64,000 bases of DNA from Obrimoposthia wandeli (Eukaryota), in contig CDROCS010006174.1 of the NCBI GenBank assembly GCA_977020255.1, positions 62,001 through 126,000 of the forward strand, written 5' to 3'. Shown piece after piece: positions 51,226 to 62,679 of this stretch (positions are counted from its first letter, which is position 1; each line of letters opens with the position of its first letter). The translations under genes were made by a program, and so were the position numbers. The notes beneath the pieces were generated by a model, which was not told the DNA's origin, made no database searches, and saw only the letters and a list, made by a program, of their open reading frames with translations.

Positions 51226-51705
51226 CTATTCTTTTATTTCTTTCACTTCTTGTCTGTTTTTTAAGTGTAAGCCGTTAAAAAACTTCAATAAAGTGTCATC
51301 ATTACAGGCACGAAAATGCTTGTGATCAGGTTTGCGGAAAAAAGCACTCAGTTCATGTTTGCTTAATGTTAACTCTGCCGACTCAAGTAAAGTAATAATA
51401 TCTTCAGCTTTTAAAGCTAATGCGATTTTTACTTTGTTAAAAACAATGTTGTTATTTACGGCTTGGTCTAACTGAGCTTGTGAACCTTCTTTTGCACCAC
51501 GGCACTCGATGATTAAGCCGTCTAAAAAGCTTGCAAGTACGTTGTCAGCTATACGTGTAAATGAAGTTTCGCCATTTTTACGTAAAAAATCGTTAATTTC
51601 ATCATCTGTTTTTGGGCATTCGCCAAGCTGGAAAATAGCCGATGTTTGGTCATTATTTAAATCAAATATATAACGAATATGATGTAAAACTTCGTTGTTA
51701 GTCAT
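51226..51705 (-). CDS. yehS: DUF1456 (YehS) family protein
   Basis: MTNNEVL..IRYIFDL, NNNIVFNKVKIAL, SKHELSAFFRKPDHKHFR. Confidence 0.88.
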   Translation of the reverse strand: MTNNEVLHHIRYIFDLNNDQTSAIFQLGECPKTDDEINDFLRKNGETSFTRIADNVLASFLDGLIIECRGAKEGSQAQLDQAVNNNIVFNKVKIALALKAEDIITLLESAELTLSKHELSAFFRKPDHKHFRACNDDTLLKFFNGLHLKNRQEVKEIKE

Positions 51706-51792
51706 GTTTTTTCCTGTTGAATAAATCTGTTTTTTTATTACTTAATATTTAACGTTAAGAACGGGGCTTTTTAGCGCCTGTTTTTAATGCTA

Positions 51793-53358
51793 TCAAGTAA
51801 AGCTAATGGTCAAGCAAATGGCGAGCGTGGCGATAACGGCCAGTATTGTTTTTTGCTTGTTGTTTTGTTGCTGTTGTAGCTGCATTTGTTGCAATGCCAC
51901 TAGTTGCTGGCGTTGTGCTTCGCGATTGGTTTTTAAGTAATCGTAGACTAAATCAGGAATTTCAGGCAGTTTTTCATTCCAAAAAGGCAAGTTGTCTTTT
52001 ATCTTATTAAAAACGGCCTTAACGCCCATTTGTTCTTTAACCCAATTCTCTAAAAACGGTTTGGCTGTTTGCCAAAGATCTAAGGCAGGGTAGAGTTGAC
52101 GGCCTAAACCTTCAATGTAGAGTAATGTTTTTTGTAGTAAAACCAGTTGTGGTTGTACTTCCATATTAAAACGGCGTGCGGTGTTAAAAAGATTCACTAA
52201 TACTTGGCCAAAAGATATTTCCGATAGCGGCTTGTTGAATATTGGTTCGCACACCGTACGAATAGCAAATTCAAACTCATCGACACTAGTGTTGCTAGGT
52301 ACCCAGCCTGAATCGACATGTAGTTGGGCAACTTTACGGTAATCACGATTGAAAAAGGCAACAAAGTTTTCCGCTAAATAACGTTTGTCTTCACGATTTA
52401 ATGTGCCGACAATACCGCAGTCAATGGCAATCCAGGTTGGATCCGCTGGCGTAGTCGCATCAACAAAAACATTGCCAGGGTGCATGTCCGCATGAAAGAA
52501 GCTATCACGGAATACTTGGGTAAAAAATACTTCTACGCCGCGTTCTGCTAGTAGTTTCATATCAACATTGTTTGCTTGTAATATTTCAATTTCACCAACG
52601 CCAATACCGTAAATTCGCTCCATTACCATCACGTTCTTTGAACAGTATTCACTATAGACTTCAGGTACGTAGAGTACGTTATCGCTATCATGTCCTTGGC
52701 TAAAATTACGTTTTAGCTGAATGGCATTACTCGCTTCACGGTTTAAATCTAATTCTTCTATGATGGTTTTTTTGTATTCACCAACAACTTCAACAGGTCG
52801 TAAGCGCTTTCCGTCGGGTAACCAACGAGCAACAATTTTGGCAAATACTGACATGACATCGATATCGGCTAAAATAATTTTTTCAATGTCTGGTCGTAAT
52901 ACTTTTAGCACAACTTCTTGCTCGCCATTCGGCTGTAGCATCGTTGCCGTATGCACCTGCGCGATTGAGGCCGATGCCAGAGGCGTTAAGTCGAAGTCTT
53001 TAAATTGTTCAGCAAACAGTTCTGCGCCAATTGCCGCTATAATTATTTTCTCGGCTTCTTCGCCTGAAAACGCGGGTACTTTATCTTGTAATAACGCGAG
53101 CTCTCTAGCAAAGTCATCTGGTAGTAAATCTCGACGGGTTGATAGCATTTGTCCGAACTTTACAAATACCGGCCCTAATGATTCTATTGCTAAGCGAAAG
53201 CGCTGTGCTTTGGTTTTATCACTGTGTTTATTACGTAACCAAAATAAACAGCTGCGGGCGATTTTTACGTACCAAGGTAGGTATTTTTTCGGTAAAACCT
53301 CATCAAGTCCAAACTGAAGAAAAGTTTTTACTATTTTGTATAAACGTTTGCTACTCAC
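51793..53358 (-). CDS. ubiB: Ubiquinone biosynthesis kinase-like protein UbiB
   Basis: [57 protein letters not shown]. Confidence 0.97.
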   Translation of the reverse strand: MSSKRLYKIVKTFLQFGLDEVLPKKYLPWYVKIARSCLFWLRNKHSDKTKAQRFRLAIESLGPVFVKFGQMLSTRRDLLPDDFARELALLQDKVPAFSGEEAEKIIIAAIGAELFAEQFKDFDLTPLASASIAQVHTATMLQPNGEQEVVLKVLRPDIEKIILADIDVMSVFAKIVARWLPDGKRLRPVEVVGEYKKTIIEELDLNREASNAIQLKRNFSQGHDSDNVLYVPEVYSEYCSKNVMVMERIYGIGVGEIEILQANNVDMKLLAERGVEVFFTQVFRDSFFHADMHPGNVFVDATTPADPTWIAIDCGIVGTLNREDKRYLAENFVAFFNRDYRKVAQLHVDSGWVPSNTSVDEFEFAIRTVCEPIFNKPLSEISFGQVLVNLFNTARRFNMEVQPQLVLLQKTLLYIEGLGRQLYPALDLWQTAKPFLENWVKEQMGVKAVFNKIKDNLPFWNEKLPEIPDLVYDYLKTNREAQRQQLVALQQMQLQQQQNNKQKTILAVIATLAICLTISFT

Positions 53359-53367
53359 AGTATGGCC

Positions 53368-54009
53368 TTATGGTAATGTATTTTGTTGAGCAATTAATCG
53401 CTCAATACGTTGTGTTAAAACTGAAGTTTTTTGTTCTGCGGTTGTAACGCCTTGACTAAAAGAATCTAATTCTGCGGCTGTAACTACCAAGCGTTTCTCA
53501 TGTATTAGCCATTCACTGGCATCAGCTTGGATCTGGCTGCTGGCAAATTTTAGCTTATTTAATAAATTACGGCCTATTTGGCCTAATTTGTAGGTAGGAA
53601 CATCACCAATGCGCTTTGCTAGTTCACTTTGCCAATCAATATCGAGAGTTTCGGCTATATTGGCAAAGCGTTGAGCTACTCTTAAATCGCCCTGCAAATC
53701 TAACTTATCATTTTTAATTAAATCAGTGAGTTGCTGCTTTTTATTCAACTCAATTAATGCACTGATACTGGTCGTTAAACAACAATCGTTGTGTTCATCA
53801 TTGGTGTTGACCAGAATTTTCTCATTGCTTATCGTAAAGCTTAATGGAAAGGGTAATTCCGCTAGCTTTACGGTTAATGTTTTCTCAGATAAAGGCTTTA
53901 GGGCCAGCGTGCCATGTAAGTTATAGCGTAGAAACTGATTAATGGCGGTTTCGAGTATGGCACTTAAGGTTTGAGCAAACATGAGTTGCTGGCTGATAGG
54001 CTCGCGCAT
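53368..54009 (-). CDS. ubiJ: Ubiquinone biosynthesis accessory factor UbiJ (SCP2 domain)
   Basis: DKLDLQGD, DIDWQSELAKRIGDV; lies between ubiE and ubiB. Start at 54009 or 53982. Confidence 0.88.
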   Translation of the reverse strand: MREPISQQLMFAQTLSAILETAINQFLRYNLHGTLALKPLSEKTLTVKLAELPFPLSFTISNEKILVNTNDEHNDCCLTTSISALIELNKKQQLTDLIKNDKLDLQGDLRVAQRFANIAETLDIDWQSELAKRIGDVPTYKLGQIGRNLLNKLKFASSQIQADASEWLIHEKRLVVTAAELDSFSQGVTTAEQKTSVLTQRIERLIAQQNTLP

Positions 54010-54013
54010 AGGG

Positions 54014-54805
54014 CTAAAATTTATAACCTTTATGCAATGCGACCACGCCACCGGTTAAATTTTTAAAGCTGGTTTGCTCAAAACCTGCTGCGTCCATCAT
54101 GCTTTTCAAGGTTTCTTGATCCGGATGCATGCGAATAGATTCTGCTAAATACTGATAACTTTCACCATCTTTTGCTACCAATTCACCCATTTTAGGTAAA
54201 ATGTTAAAAGAATAGAAATCATAGGCTTTGTTAACTAGCTCATGTTCTGGTTTAGAGAACTCTAATACTAATAAACGCCCACCTGGCTTTAATACACGAT
54301 ACATCGAACGCAACGCCATGTCTTTATCGGTAACATTACGCAAACCAAAAGCTATGGTGATAATATCAAAGGTATTATCTTCGAAGGGCAAATACTGTGC
54401 ATTAGCTTGTACGTATTCGATATTTTGCACTAATCCGCGATCGCGCAATTTATCGCGACCAACATTGAGCATGGAGCTATTGATATCGGCTAATATCACT
54501 TTACCTTCACGACCAACAAGCTGTGAAAACTTTGCCGTTAAATCGCCGGTACCACCGGCTAAATCTAATACTTTGTTGCCGGGACGAACGCCACTGGCAT
54601 CGATAGTAAAGCGTTTCCATAATCGATGAATACCAAATGACATCAAGTCATTCATCACATCATATTGCTGAGCGACTGAATGAAAAACACTAGCAACTTT
54701 CGACTCTTTTTCATTTTTTTCGACAGTTTGAAAGCCAAAGTGAGTCGTTTTTTCGTCACTATTATCGTTGTTAACTTGATGATTTTGATCGTGTGCTGAC
54801 ATCAT
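54014..54805 (-). CDS. ubiE: Ubiquinone/menaquinone C-methyltransferase
   Basis: [58 protein letters not shown]. Confidence 0.98.
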   Translation of the reverse strand: MMSAHDQNHQVNNDNSDEKTTHFGFQTVEKNEKESKVASVFHSVAQQYDVMNDLMSFGIHRLWKRFTIDASGVRPGNKVLDLAGGTGDLTAKFSQLVGREGKVILADINSSMLNVGRDKLRDRGLVQNIEYVQANAQYLPFEDNTFDIITIAFGLRNVTDKDMALRSMYRVLKPGGRLLVLEFSKPEHELVNKAYDFYSFNILPKMGELVAKDGESYQYLAESIRMHPDQETLKSMMDAAGFEQTSFKNLTGGVVALHKGYKF

Positions 54806-54974
54806 GGTTTCGCTATTAACTAAAATTATTGCTAGTTTACCCCATTTTATAAAATTAATTAACACTTGAGATCAAGCAGGTAAGTAATAGCGACCTTGTC
54901 ATGCTAAATAAGTGCTAAAAGAGTGAGTGCTCGCGGATTTTTAGTTAAGTTTATGGCGATATATTTTATCAATA

Positions 54975-57062
54975 TTAAGCATTCGAATATTTTTCACGAT
55001 TTGCTAGCCAGCGGTCAATCAGTGCATTAGCTTTTTCAGGGTGTTTTTGCCATATCAGGCGAGCATGCTGCTGTACTTCAGGAATTAAATGAGCGTCTCG
55101 TTGGAGGTCGGCAATCTTGAGGTCAGCAAGTCCTGTTTGTTTAGTTCCTAGCAATTCCCCTGGTCCTCTGATTTCGAGATCTTTTTGCGCGATGACAAAA
55201 CCATCGTTACTTTCTCTGAGTACTTTCAGGCGTTTAGTCGCTGTTTTTGTTAAGGGCGCTTTGTACATTAATACACAGTGTGAAGCGACTGAGCCTCGGC
55301 CAACACGGCCGCGAAGTTGATGCAGTTGTGCTAGCCCTAAACGCTCAGGGTTTTCAATCACCATTAAACTTGAATTGGGTACGTCGACACCAACCTCAAT
55401 AACGGTTGTAGCGACTAATAAGTCGAGCTCGGCAAGTTTAAAGCGCTCCATTACCGCTTGTTTTTCGTCAGCTTTCATACGACCGTGTACTAAGCCAATT
55501 TTTAGTTCAGACAACTGCGCTTGTAAATATACTGCGGTATCTTCAGCCGCTTGGCATTGCAATACTTCAGACTCTTCAATGAGCGTACAAACCCAATAGG
55601 CTTGACGATTGTCATTCGTACAACCTTGTCGAATGCGTTCAATGACATCGTCACGACGAGAATCTGGCAGGGCAATGGTGGTGATCGGTGTTCGGCCCGG
55701 TGGTAATTCGTCAATAACTGAAGTGTCTAAATCTGCATAAGCTGTCATGGCTAACGTGCGAGGAATAGGTGTGGCGGTCATAATTAATTGATGTGGATAA
55801 TTTCCCTGCCATGCGCCTTTTTCACGTAATGACAAACGTTGATGAACACCAAATTTATGCTGCTCATCAATCACAATAAGTGCTAATTTGTTAAATATGA
55901 CTTGTTCTTGGAATAAAGCATGGGTACCAATCACCATTTGCATATCGCCATTAGCGATAGCTTCTAATGCTTCTCTTCGCGCTTTTGCTTTTGTTTTGCC
56001 CACCAACCAGCCGACAGAAATATTCAGTGGTTCAAACCACTTTTTAAAGTTAATCGCATGTTGCTCAGCCAGTATTTCTGTTGGTGCCATGAGCGCTACC
56101 TGAAAACCTTGCCCTAAAGCCGATAGTGCCGCTAAAGCTGCTACTAGCGTTTTACCTGAGCCAACATCACCTTGCACTAAGCGCATCATTGGCATGTGCT
56201 TGAGTAGGTCTTGGCGGATTTCTTTCGTTACCCTTGCTTGTGCACCTGTTGGTGAGAACGGCAAACTGGCTAAAAATTTTTCCTCAAGCGCTTCGTTTAT
56301 CGCTAAAGAAACAGCGGGGTGGTCATCGCTTGACGCGCGTAATTTTAGCATACTGAGATTGTGCGCTAGTAGCTCTTCTTTGATTAGTCTTAGCTGAGCA
56401 GGGTGCTTGCCCTCTTCCATTAACACCACTGAAGTGTCTGGCGGTGGCCGATGAATCAATGCTAATGCTTGGGCTAAGCTATAGTGAAATTGACTTATAT
56501 CCGCAGGTAATAACTCTTCAACTTGACCGCGTTGTAAACGAATAAGGGCTTGTTCAGTGAGGTTACGTAATGAAATCTGACGTAAGCCATCGGTGGTTGA
56601 GTAAACGGGTGTTAAGGTTTCTTCAACAGGGCTTAGGGGTTGATCTTGTTCAAGAGCCTTGTATTCAGGGTGCACCATTTCATAGCCGCGCATGCCGCGA
56701 TTAACTTCACCATAACAACGAATACTAAGGCCAACAGCAAGGCTATTTTTTTGACTGGCTGAAAAATGAAAAAAACGCAGATTAATACTACCGGTACCAT
56801 CGTTAATGGTGACTAGCATCATTCTGCGCTTACCTTGTACTATCTCGTTTTGCGTGACCTCACCAATAATATTTGTGTACATGCCGGGCATAAGGCTACG
56901 CACATCCGTAATGCGTGTCCGGTCTTCATAGCGTAGTGGTAAATGAAAGAGCAAATCTTGCACTGACACTAAACCTATTTTTTCCAATTTACTCGCCATA
57001 CCGGGCCCAACGCCTTTTAACGTGGTGACAGGAACTTGGGCTAAATTAGTTAATGTTTCCAT
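54975..57062 (-). CDS. recG: ATP-dependent DNA helicase RecG
   Basis: HLPLRYEDRT, QGDVGSGKT, DEQHKFG, MTATPIPRT, QLHQLRGRVGRG, DLEIRGPGE. Confidence 0.98.
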   Translation of the reverse strand: METLTNLAQVPVTTLKGVGPGMASKLEKIGLVSVQDLLFHLPLRYEDRTRITDVRSLMPGMYTNIIGEVTQNEIVQGKRRMMLVTINDGTGSINLRFFHFSASQKNSLAVGLSIRCYGEVNRGMRGYEMVHPEYKALEQDQPLSPVEETLTPVYSTTDGLRQISLRNLTEQALIRLQRGQVEELLPADISQFHYSLAQALALIHRPPPDTSVVLMEEGKHPAQLRLIKEELLAHNLSMLKLRASSDDHPAVSLAINEALEEKFLASLPFSPTGAQARVTKEIRQDLLKHMPMMRLVQGDVGSGKTLVAALAALSALGQGFQVALMAPTEILAEQHAINFKKWFEPLNISVGWLVGKTKAKARREALEAIANGDMQMVIGTHALFQEQVIFNKLALIVIDEQHKFGVHQRLSLREKGAWQGNYPHQLIMTATPIPRTLAMTAYADLDTSVIDELPPGRTPITTIALPDSRRDDVIERIRQGCTNDNRQAYWVCTLIEESEVLQCQAAEDTAVYLQAQLSELKIGLVHGRMKADEKQAVMERFKLAELDLLVATTVIEVGVDVPNSSLMVIENPERLGLAQLHQLRGRVGRGSVASHCVLMYKAPLTKTATKRLKVLRESNDGFVIAQKDLEIRGPGELLGTKQTGLADLKIADLQRDAHLIPEVQQHARLIWQKHPEKANALIDRWLANREKYSNA

Positions 57063-57092
57063 CTGGCGAGGTACCGCAGGTAAAGTTGAAAT

Positions 57093-57800
57093 TTATTGCT
57101 TACTATCGTTCCAAGCACTTTGTGTCATTTGCATTTGTTGCCACCACTGTTCTGATGCAACAATTTCCCCTAATTCATTGATTTCTGGATAAGGTAGTCC
57201 CTTGCGTTGACAAGCACTGGCAAAAATAGGATGACCACCTTCAAATAGTATACGTTGACGGCGTGCATGACTTATTCTAGCTTGCTGGTACAAACCTGCC
57301 GCTTGACGCTGGCGTTGAGCTTCATACAATACAACAGAACAAGCGACAGAAACATTTAATGACTGCACCATGCCTACCATAGGAATAACGATATCTTGGT
57401 CGGCCATTTCAAGTGCTTTTTCTGAGGCACCAAACTTTTCTTGGCCAAGAATAATGGCCGTTGGCTTAGTATAATCAATTTCACGAAAATCGACGGCGGT
57501 ATCTGATAAATTTGTTACTAGCACTTGCATGCCTTGCCTTTTTAATTCATTGATCGCGTCTTCGGTCTTACTGTAATCGTGAACATCTATCCAATTTTGA
57601 CTGCCTGCAGCGCTACCACCAGAAAGGCGCATGGTTTCATTTTTCCATACCGCATGTACGTCGCTAACACCCACAGCATCAGCTGTACGCACAACGGCTG
57701 CTAAATTATGGGTTTTGTGTACACCCTCCATACATACCGTTAAATCAGGTTGGCGTTGATCTAACATACTGTTAATTCGTTGTAGTCTATCGGGCGTCAT
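57093..57800 (-). CDS. trmH: tRNA (guanosine-18-2'-O)-methyltransferase
   Basis: MTPDRLQRI, HNLAAVVRTADAVG, GQEKFG, IPMVGMVQSLNVSVA. Confidence 0.96.
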   Translation of the reverse strand: MTPDRLQRINSMLDQRQPDLTVCMEGVHKTHNLAAVVRTADAVGVSDVHAVWKNETMRLSGGSAAGSQNWIDVHDYSKTEDAINELKRQGMQVLVTNLSDTAVDFREIDYTKPTAIILGQEKFGASEKALEMADQDIVIPMVGMVQSLNVSVACSVVLYEAQRQRQAAGLYQQARISHARRQRILFEGGHPIFASACQRKGLPYPEINELGEIVASEQWWQQMQMTQSAWNDSKQ

Positions 57801-57873
57801 ATAAGCGTTCTAAAGTTGGTTGAATGTTGGTAAGTTTATAATAACTTACCGATAAAAATGTTATTACTCAGTA

Positions 57874-58263
57874 TTAGCTGTAGTTTGGTAATTCCATAAT
57901 GCCGTCAATTTCAATAGCAACATCTTTTGGCAATCTTGCTACTTGCACTGCGGCTCTTGCTGGATATGGCTGTTTAAAATACTGACTCATAATTTCGTTT
58001 ACTGTCGCAAAATTAGTCAGGTCTTGTAAAAATATATTCACTTTTACCATGTCATTAATGTTGCCACCAGCCGCTTCACATACCGCGACTAGATTTTTAA
58101 ATACTTGTTGAGTTTGCTCAGTAAAGTCTTCAGAAATAACCTCCATAGTTTCAGGAACTAGAGGGATTTGGCCTGATAAATAAACCGTGTTATTAACTTT
58201 AACTGCTTGGCTATAAGTACCAATTGCACTTGGTGCGTTGTCTGTACTGATAATAGTTTTCAT
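57874..58263 (-). CDS. ridA: RidA-family enamine/imine deaminase
   Basis: [32 protein letters not shown]. Confidence 0.9.
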   Translation of the reverse strand: MKTIISTDNAPSAIGTYSQAVKVNNTVYLSGQIPLVPETMEVISEDFTEQTQQVFKNLVAVCEAAGGNINDMVKVNIFLQDLTNFATVNEIMSQYFKQPYPARAAVQVARLPKDVAIEIDGIMELPNYS

Positions 58264-58281
58264 AATCTTTCCTAAATGATG

Positions 58282-60390
58282 TTATTTATTACGAACAACG
58301 CGCTGAACGTCGATCATCACTTTAATTTTGCGAATAATGTCGGCAAGATGAACTCGATTGCGACAGGTAATTTCCATATCAATAAGATACAGGCCAGAAT
58401 CCTTTTCACCAGAATTGAGGGTGTGAACATTTGAGCCACAACGAGCCACAACATTAGTTAATGCGGCAAGCGCACCTTTATGATTGATAATTTCGATGCG
58501 CAGTTTGGCAATAAAGTCACGATCAATATCGGTATCCCATTTCACAGGGAAAAGGCTACCTTGCTCATGACCTTTGTTATTTCTACAACCATGCTGGTGA
58601 ACCATTAGCCCTTTACCTGGGCTTAGATAAGCCAAAATGGAATCACCTGGGATAGGTCGGCAACATTTACCATAGCTTACCATCATACCTTCAGTGCCTT
58701 TGATTGGCATTTTGGCTTTAGTTGTGGTCGGTTGTAGATCTGACTCTTCAGTAAACTCATCTTTCAAGCGTTTAGCAATACCGATACTTAGTGCATTGCC
58801 TAAGCCAATATTGATCAGCAGCTCTTCAATCGTTTTATTACCGGTGTCTTTCACCACTTGCGTCAGTTTTTCTTCAGCAATATTTTCTAGCTTAGTGGCA
58901 CCTAAAGCATGACTCAGTAAACGTCGACCTAAGGCTAATGATTCTGTTTTTTCTTGTGAACGTAAGTAAGTACGAATTTGTAAACGTGCTTTTGAGGTGA
59001 CAACAAAGTTCAGCCATGTCGCATTAGGTCTTGCCGCACTTGACGTTACAACCTCAATCGTTTGGCCTGAATCTAATGGCTGGTTAAAAGGGAATGGCTT
59101 ACGATCGACCTTTACACCGACACAAGAGTTACCAACATCGGTATGAACGGCATAAGCGAAATCGACAGCAGTTGCTCCCATTGGCAATTCGATAATACGA
59201 CCATCAGGCGTGAAAACGTAAATCTCTTCTGGAAAAAGATCTGATTTTACATTTTCGATAAACTCAAATGAGCTACCGGCACTTTGTTGTAATTCTAATA
59301 AGCTTTGCATCCAACGGCGTGCTTTCATTTGTGCTGTTGTGCCGTTGTCTTCACCATCTTGTTTATATAGCCAGTGGGCTGCAACACCTTTATCCGCCAT
59401 TTGATCCATATCGTTGGTACGGATCTGAATTTCAACGGGAATACCGTGCGGACCAATTAATGAGGTATGTAACGACTGATAACCGTTGGTTTTAGGAATG
59501 GCAATATAATCTTTAAAGCGTGATTCAATGGGTTTAAATAAGTTATGGGCCGCGCCCAAAGCACGGTAGCAATCATCAATTTTATCGCCAACAATAATTC
59601 TAAAAGCGTAAATGTCCATGACTTCGTTGAACATTAATTCTTTGTTTTGCATTTTACGATAGATAGAATAAAGATGTTTTTCTCGACCGATAACTTGCGC
59701 AGTAATGCCACTTTCAGCCAAACGGCTAGTGACTTCACTTTGAATGTTATTGATAATTTCTTTACGATTTCCCCGAGCTTGCTTTACGGCCGATTTTAAT
59801 GCCCGCGCACGCATCGGGTAAAGTGCTTCAAAACCAAGAGATTCGAGTTCGTTTTTAACATCATGAATACCAAGACGGTTAGCAATCGGAGCATAAATCT
59901 CAAGGGTTTCGCGCGCAATACGTCGACGCTTGTCTGGTCTTAATGAACCTAAAGTACGCATGTTATGGGTTCGATCAGCCAGTTTAATTAAGATAACGCG
60001 AATGTCTTGCACCATGGCTAAGATCATTTTACGGAAGTTTTCCGCTTGCATTTCTTCTTTATTATCGAATTTTAACTTGTCGAGTTTACTCACACCTTCA
60101 ACAAGTTCAGCTACGGTATGACCAAACAGTTCAGCGAGCTCATCTTTTGTTGTTGCGGTATCTTCAATCACGTCATGTAGCAAGGCCGCCATTAAAGTCT
60201 CGTGATCTAAGTGCATTTTTGCGAGATTAAGTGCTACAGCTACCGGATGGGTAATATAGGGTTCACCACTGGAGCGCATTTGGCCATCGTGTGCTTCACG
60301 CGCGACAATATAGGCCTGCTTTAACAGGTCAATCTGTACTTTTGACAGATAACTTGAGACATGTTCTTTTAGTGGTTCAAAGAGGTACAC
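58282..60390 (-). CDS. spoT: Bifunctional (p)ppGpp synthase/hydrolase
   Basis: GEPYITHP, LLHDVIED (intact HD), KLADRTHNMRTL, KTNGYQSLHT, TGS and ACT domains. Confidence 0.98.
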   Translation of the reverse strand: MYLFEPLKEHVSSYLSKVQIDLLKQAYIVAREAHDGQMRSSGEPYITHPVAVALNLAKMHLDHETLMAALLHDVIEDTATTKDELAELFGHTVAELVEGVSKLDKLKFDNKEEMQAENFRKMILAMVQDIRVILIKLADRTHNMRTLGSLRPDKRRRIARETLEIYAPIANRLGIHDVKNELESLGFEALYPMRARALKSAVKQARGNRKEIINNIQSEVTSRLAESGITAQVIGREKHLYSIYRKMQNKELMFNEVMDIYAFRIIVGDKIDDCYRALGAAHNLFKPIESRFKDYIAIPKTNGYQSLHTSLIGPHGIPVEIQIRTNDMDQMADKGVAAHWLYKQDGEDNGTTAQMKARRWMQSLLELQQSAGSSFEFIENVKSDLFPEEIYVFTPDGRIIELPMGATAVDFAYAVHTDVGNSCVGVKVDRKPFPFNQPLDSGQTIEVVTSSAARPNATWLNFVVTSKARLQIRTYLRSQEKTESLALGRRLLSHALGATKLENIAEEKLTQVVKDTGNKTIEELLINIGLGNALSIGIAKRLKDEFTEESDLQPTTTKAKMPIKGTEGMMVSYGKCCRPIPGDSILAYLSPGKGLMVHQHGCRNNKGHEQGSLFPVKWDTDIDRDFIAKLRIEIINHKGALAALTNVVARCGSNVHTLNSGEKDSGLYLIDMEITCRNRVHLADIIRKIKVMIDVQRVVRNK

Positions 60391-60523
60391 CCAGTAATTC
60401 CTTGATGATGATTTAGAGTTTATTGAAAGATTAGAATACGATTATTTTGCCGCTATGCCAATGTTTAAGCGTACTAGAATAGATTTTTGTTATCAATTTG
60501 CTAAAAAAATGAGCAGAAAAGAA

Positions 60524-60561
60524 AAAACGCGTAAATCACAGTGATGTAATTTACGCGTTTT
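60524..60561 (-). terminator. Intrinsic terminator downstream of rpoZ
   Basis: AAAACGCGTAAAT-N12-ATTTACGCGTTTT with T tract on the minus strand. Confidence 0.75.
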
Positions 60562-60595
60562 CAGTATTGCGACTAACGTTAGACGTTAGTGAGAA

Positions 60596-60871
60596 TTATT
60601 GGTTACCACCAACAATTGCAGCAATAGCATCTAATTCATCAGAATCTTGTTTTACTTTTTCATGCTTATCTGAACTGTCCATTACTTCAGTAGTAATAAG
60701 GCCAGCTTCGATTTCACGTAAAGCAATTACTGTTGGTTTGTCATTTTCAGGTTCAACCAATGGTTCTTTACCGCCCGTAGCAATTTGACGAGCACGACGA
60801 GATGCAATTAACACCAAGTCAAAACGATTACCGACTTTATTTACGGCATCTTCAACAGTTACGCGAGCCAT
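60596..60871 (-). CDS. rpoZ: RNA polymerase omega subunit
   Basis: [37 protein letters not shown]. Confidence 0.98.
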   Translation of the reverse strand: MARVTVEDAVNKVGNRFDLVLIASRRARQIATGGKEPLVEPENDKPTVIALREIEAGLITTEVMDSSDKHEKVKQDSDELDAIAAIVGGNQ

Positions 60872-60945
60872 TTGGTCACTCCAACAATAGAATTTATAAA
60901 ATAGTGGCGTAGTTTACTTGATCCACACCTAAGTAAGCAAGCGCT

Positions 60946-61569
60946 CTACGCTAATAATTGTGCAAATATATTGTGATGTGCGCTGACTTGTTGGCTGCAC
61001 TTTAAACGTTGGCTTTGTACTACCGTGGTTAGGTCTGCCAATGCCTGTTCAAAATTGTCATTAATGATGATGTAATCAAACTCATGGTAATGTGAGCACT
61101 CAGCTTGAGCTTGAGCCATTCTTTGTTGGATAACCTCTTCGCTGTCTTGACCTCGACCACGTAAACGGTTTTCTAATTCTTGCTTTGAAGGCGGACTAAT
61201 AAATATCGTTGTTACGTCAGGCTTTTTCATTCTAACTTGTTGTGCACCTTGCCAATCAATATCAAGAAAAACGTCAATTCCTTGAGCAAGCTGTTGATCT
61301 ATCGCAACTTCACTGGTGCCATAAAAATTACCAAATACTTCTGCATATTCATAGAAATGCTTCTGGGTAATCGACTGCTTAAACTGGTCTTTGGTGACAA
61401 AGTGATAGTGTTCACCATGGTTTTCACCTGGACGAGGGTTGCGCGTGGTATGAGAAACAGAAACTTGCATAGATCTCGGCGATACCTGCTTAAGTAAAGC
61501 GGTAATTAAGCTCGACTTACCTGCGCCACTAGGAGCAGATAGAATGAAAAGGTTGCCTTTAATTGTCAC
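60946..61569 (-). CDS. gmk: Guanylate kinase
   Basis: [22 protein letters not shown]-like [22 protein letters not shown]. Confidence 0.98.
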   Translation of the reverse strand: MTIKGNLFILSAPSGAGKSSLITALLKQVSPRSMQVSVSHTTRNPRPGENHGEHYHFVTKDQFKQSITQKHFYEYAEVFGNFYGTSEVAIDQQLAQGIDVFLDIDWQGAQQVRMKKPDVTTIFISPPSKQELENRLRGRGQDSEEVIQQRMAQAQAECSHYHEFDYIIINDNFEQALADLTTVVQSQRLKCSQQVSAHHNIFAQLLA

Positions 61570-61676
61570 AGTTTATCCTTGATGGCGGAGTCAATATTAA
61601 TGGCGCGCACTATACCTAAACTTTGGTACTTTTCCCATTCATTTATCCGCACAAAGCTTGATGTTTTTTATCTAAA

Positions 61677-62654
61677 TTAAACCGTGTCAAGCGAAGTGCT
61701 TTGCGCGGTTTGCGTTAATTCTAGAAGGCTAACTGCGTTGCGAGTGCCTTTTTTAATGAGATACAATTGTTCGTCTGCTTGTTGCATTGTTTGTTCTATC
61801 GATGTTTTTTCATCAGGAATGACTTCCACTGCGCCAATGCTGACGGATACATAGCTATTGCTGTTAATCGCCTCGTGTGGAATGGCGAGTTTAGTAACAC
61901 TGTTTAAACAAGCCGTTAATACATTGTTTGCCTTGTAGCCGTTGCCAATCGAAAAATAAAAATAAAACTCTTCTCCACCACAGCGAAAAATAGCGCCACC
62001 GTAGTGATATAAGCTTCTTCTGATTATATTAGCCACTTTTCGTAGCACCAAATCACCTTGCTGGTGACCATAGTGATCATTGTATTTTTTAAAATAGTCG
62101 ACATCGATAATGCCGTAAACTACGGGGCTTTTAGTTTCAATAGCTGAGCGCCAATGATTAACGCTGTCTTGTTGCCATTTTCGGCGATTAGGCAACTCAG
62201 TCAAGCTATCGAATAAGGCAAATTTTTCTAATAAATTGCGTTGACGAATAATTTCTAAGTGAGTGTTAACGCGAGCGCGAACAATACCGTAATTAAACGG
62301 TTTTTGAATATAATCGCAAGCGCCTAGCATTAGACCTTTCTCTTCGTCTTCAGCATCTTGTAAGCCGGTGATAAAAATAACCGGTATTTGCGATAACTCC
62401 GAATGCTTTTTTAACTTTTCCATGAGCTCAAAGCCACTTTCTTCGGGCATCAATACATCAAGTAAAATAATGTCAGGACTTTCTTGTAAAGCATATTGAA
62501 AACCTTGCTTAGCACTCTTACAAGCGACCACGTTGTAGTGATCTTTAAAGATGGATGCTAATACTTTCAGGTTGACACTTTCGTCATCTATACACAGTAT
62601 TGTGCAGTTTTTTTCACTGGTACGACGGCGTTCTTCCTTGTTGAACGGTTGCAT
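61677..62654 (-). CDS. REC-GGDEF response-regulator diguanylate cyclase
   Basis: ILCIDD..ILLDVLMP receiver, DSLTELPNRR, DVDYFKKYNDHYGH, RCGGEEF. Confidence 0.92.
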   Translation of the reverse strand: MQPFNKEERRRTSEKNCTILCIDDESVNLKVLASIFKDHYNVVACKSAKQGFQYALQESPDIILLDVLMPEESGFELMEKLKKHSELSQIPVIFITGLQDAEDEEKGLMLGACDYIQKPFNYGIVRARVNTHLEIIRQRNLLEKFALFDSLTELPNRRKWQQDSVNHWRSAIETKSPVVYGIIDVDYFKKYNDHYGHQQGDLVLRKVANIIRRSLYHYGGAIFRCGGEEFYFYFSIGNGYKANNVLTACLNSVTKLAIPHEAINSNSYVSVSIGAVEVIPDEKTSIEQTMQQADEQLYLIKKGTRNAVSLLELTQTAQSTSLDTV

Positions 62655-62679
62655 TGTTACTTCCTTTGTCGAGAGTTAG

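Noticed and set aside
52721-53317. 198-aa + strand ORF antisense to ubiB
   Set aside because: It mirrors a conserved gene codon by codon, has no RBS or motif, and is typical of antisense shadows.
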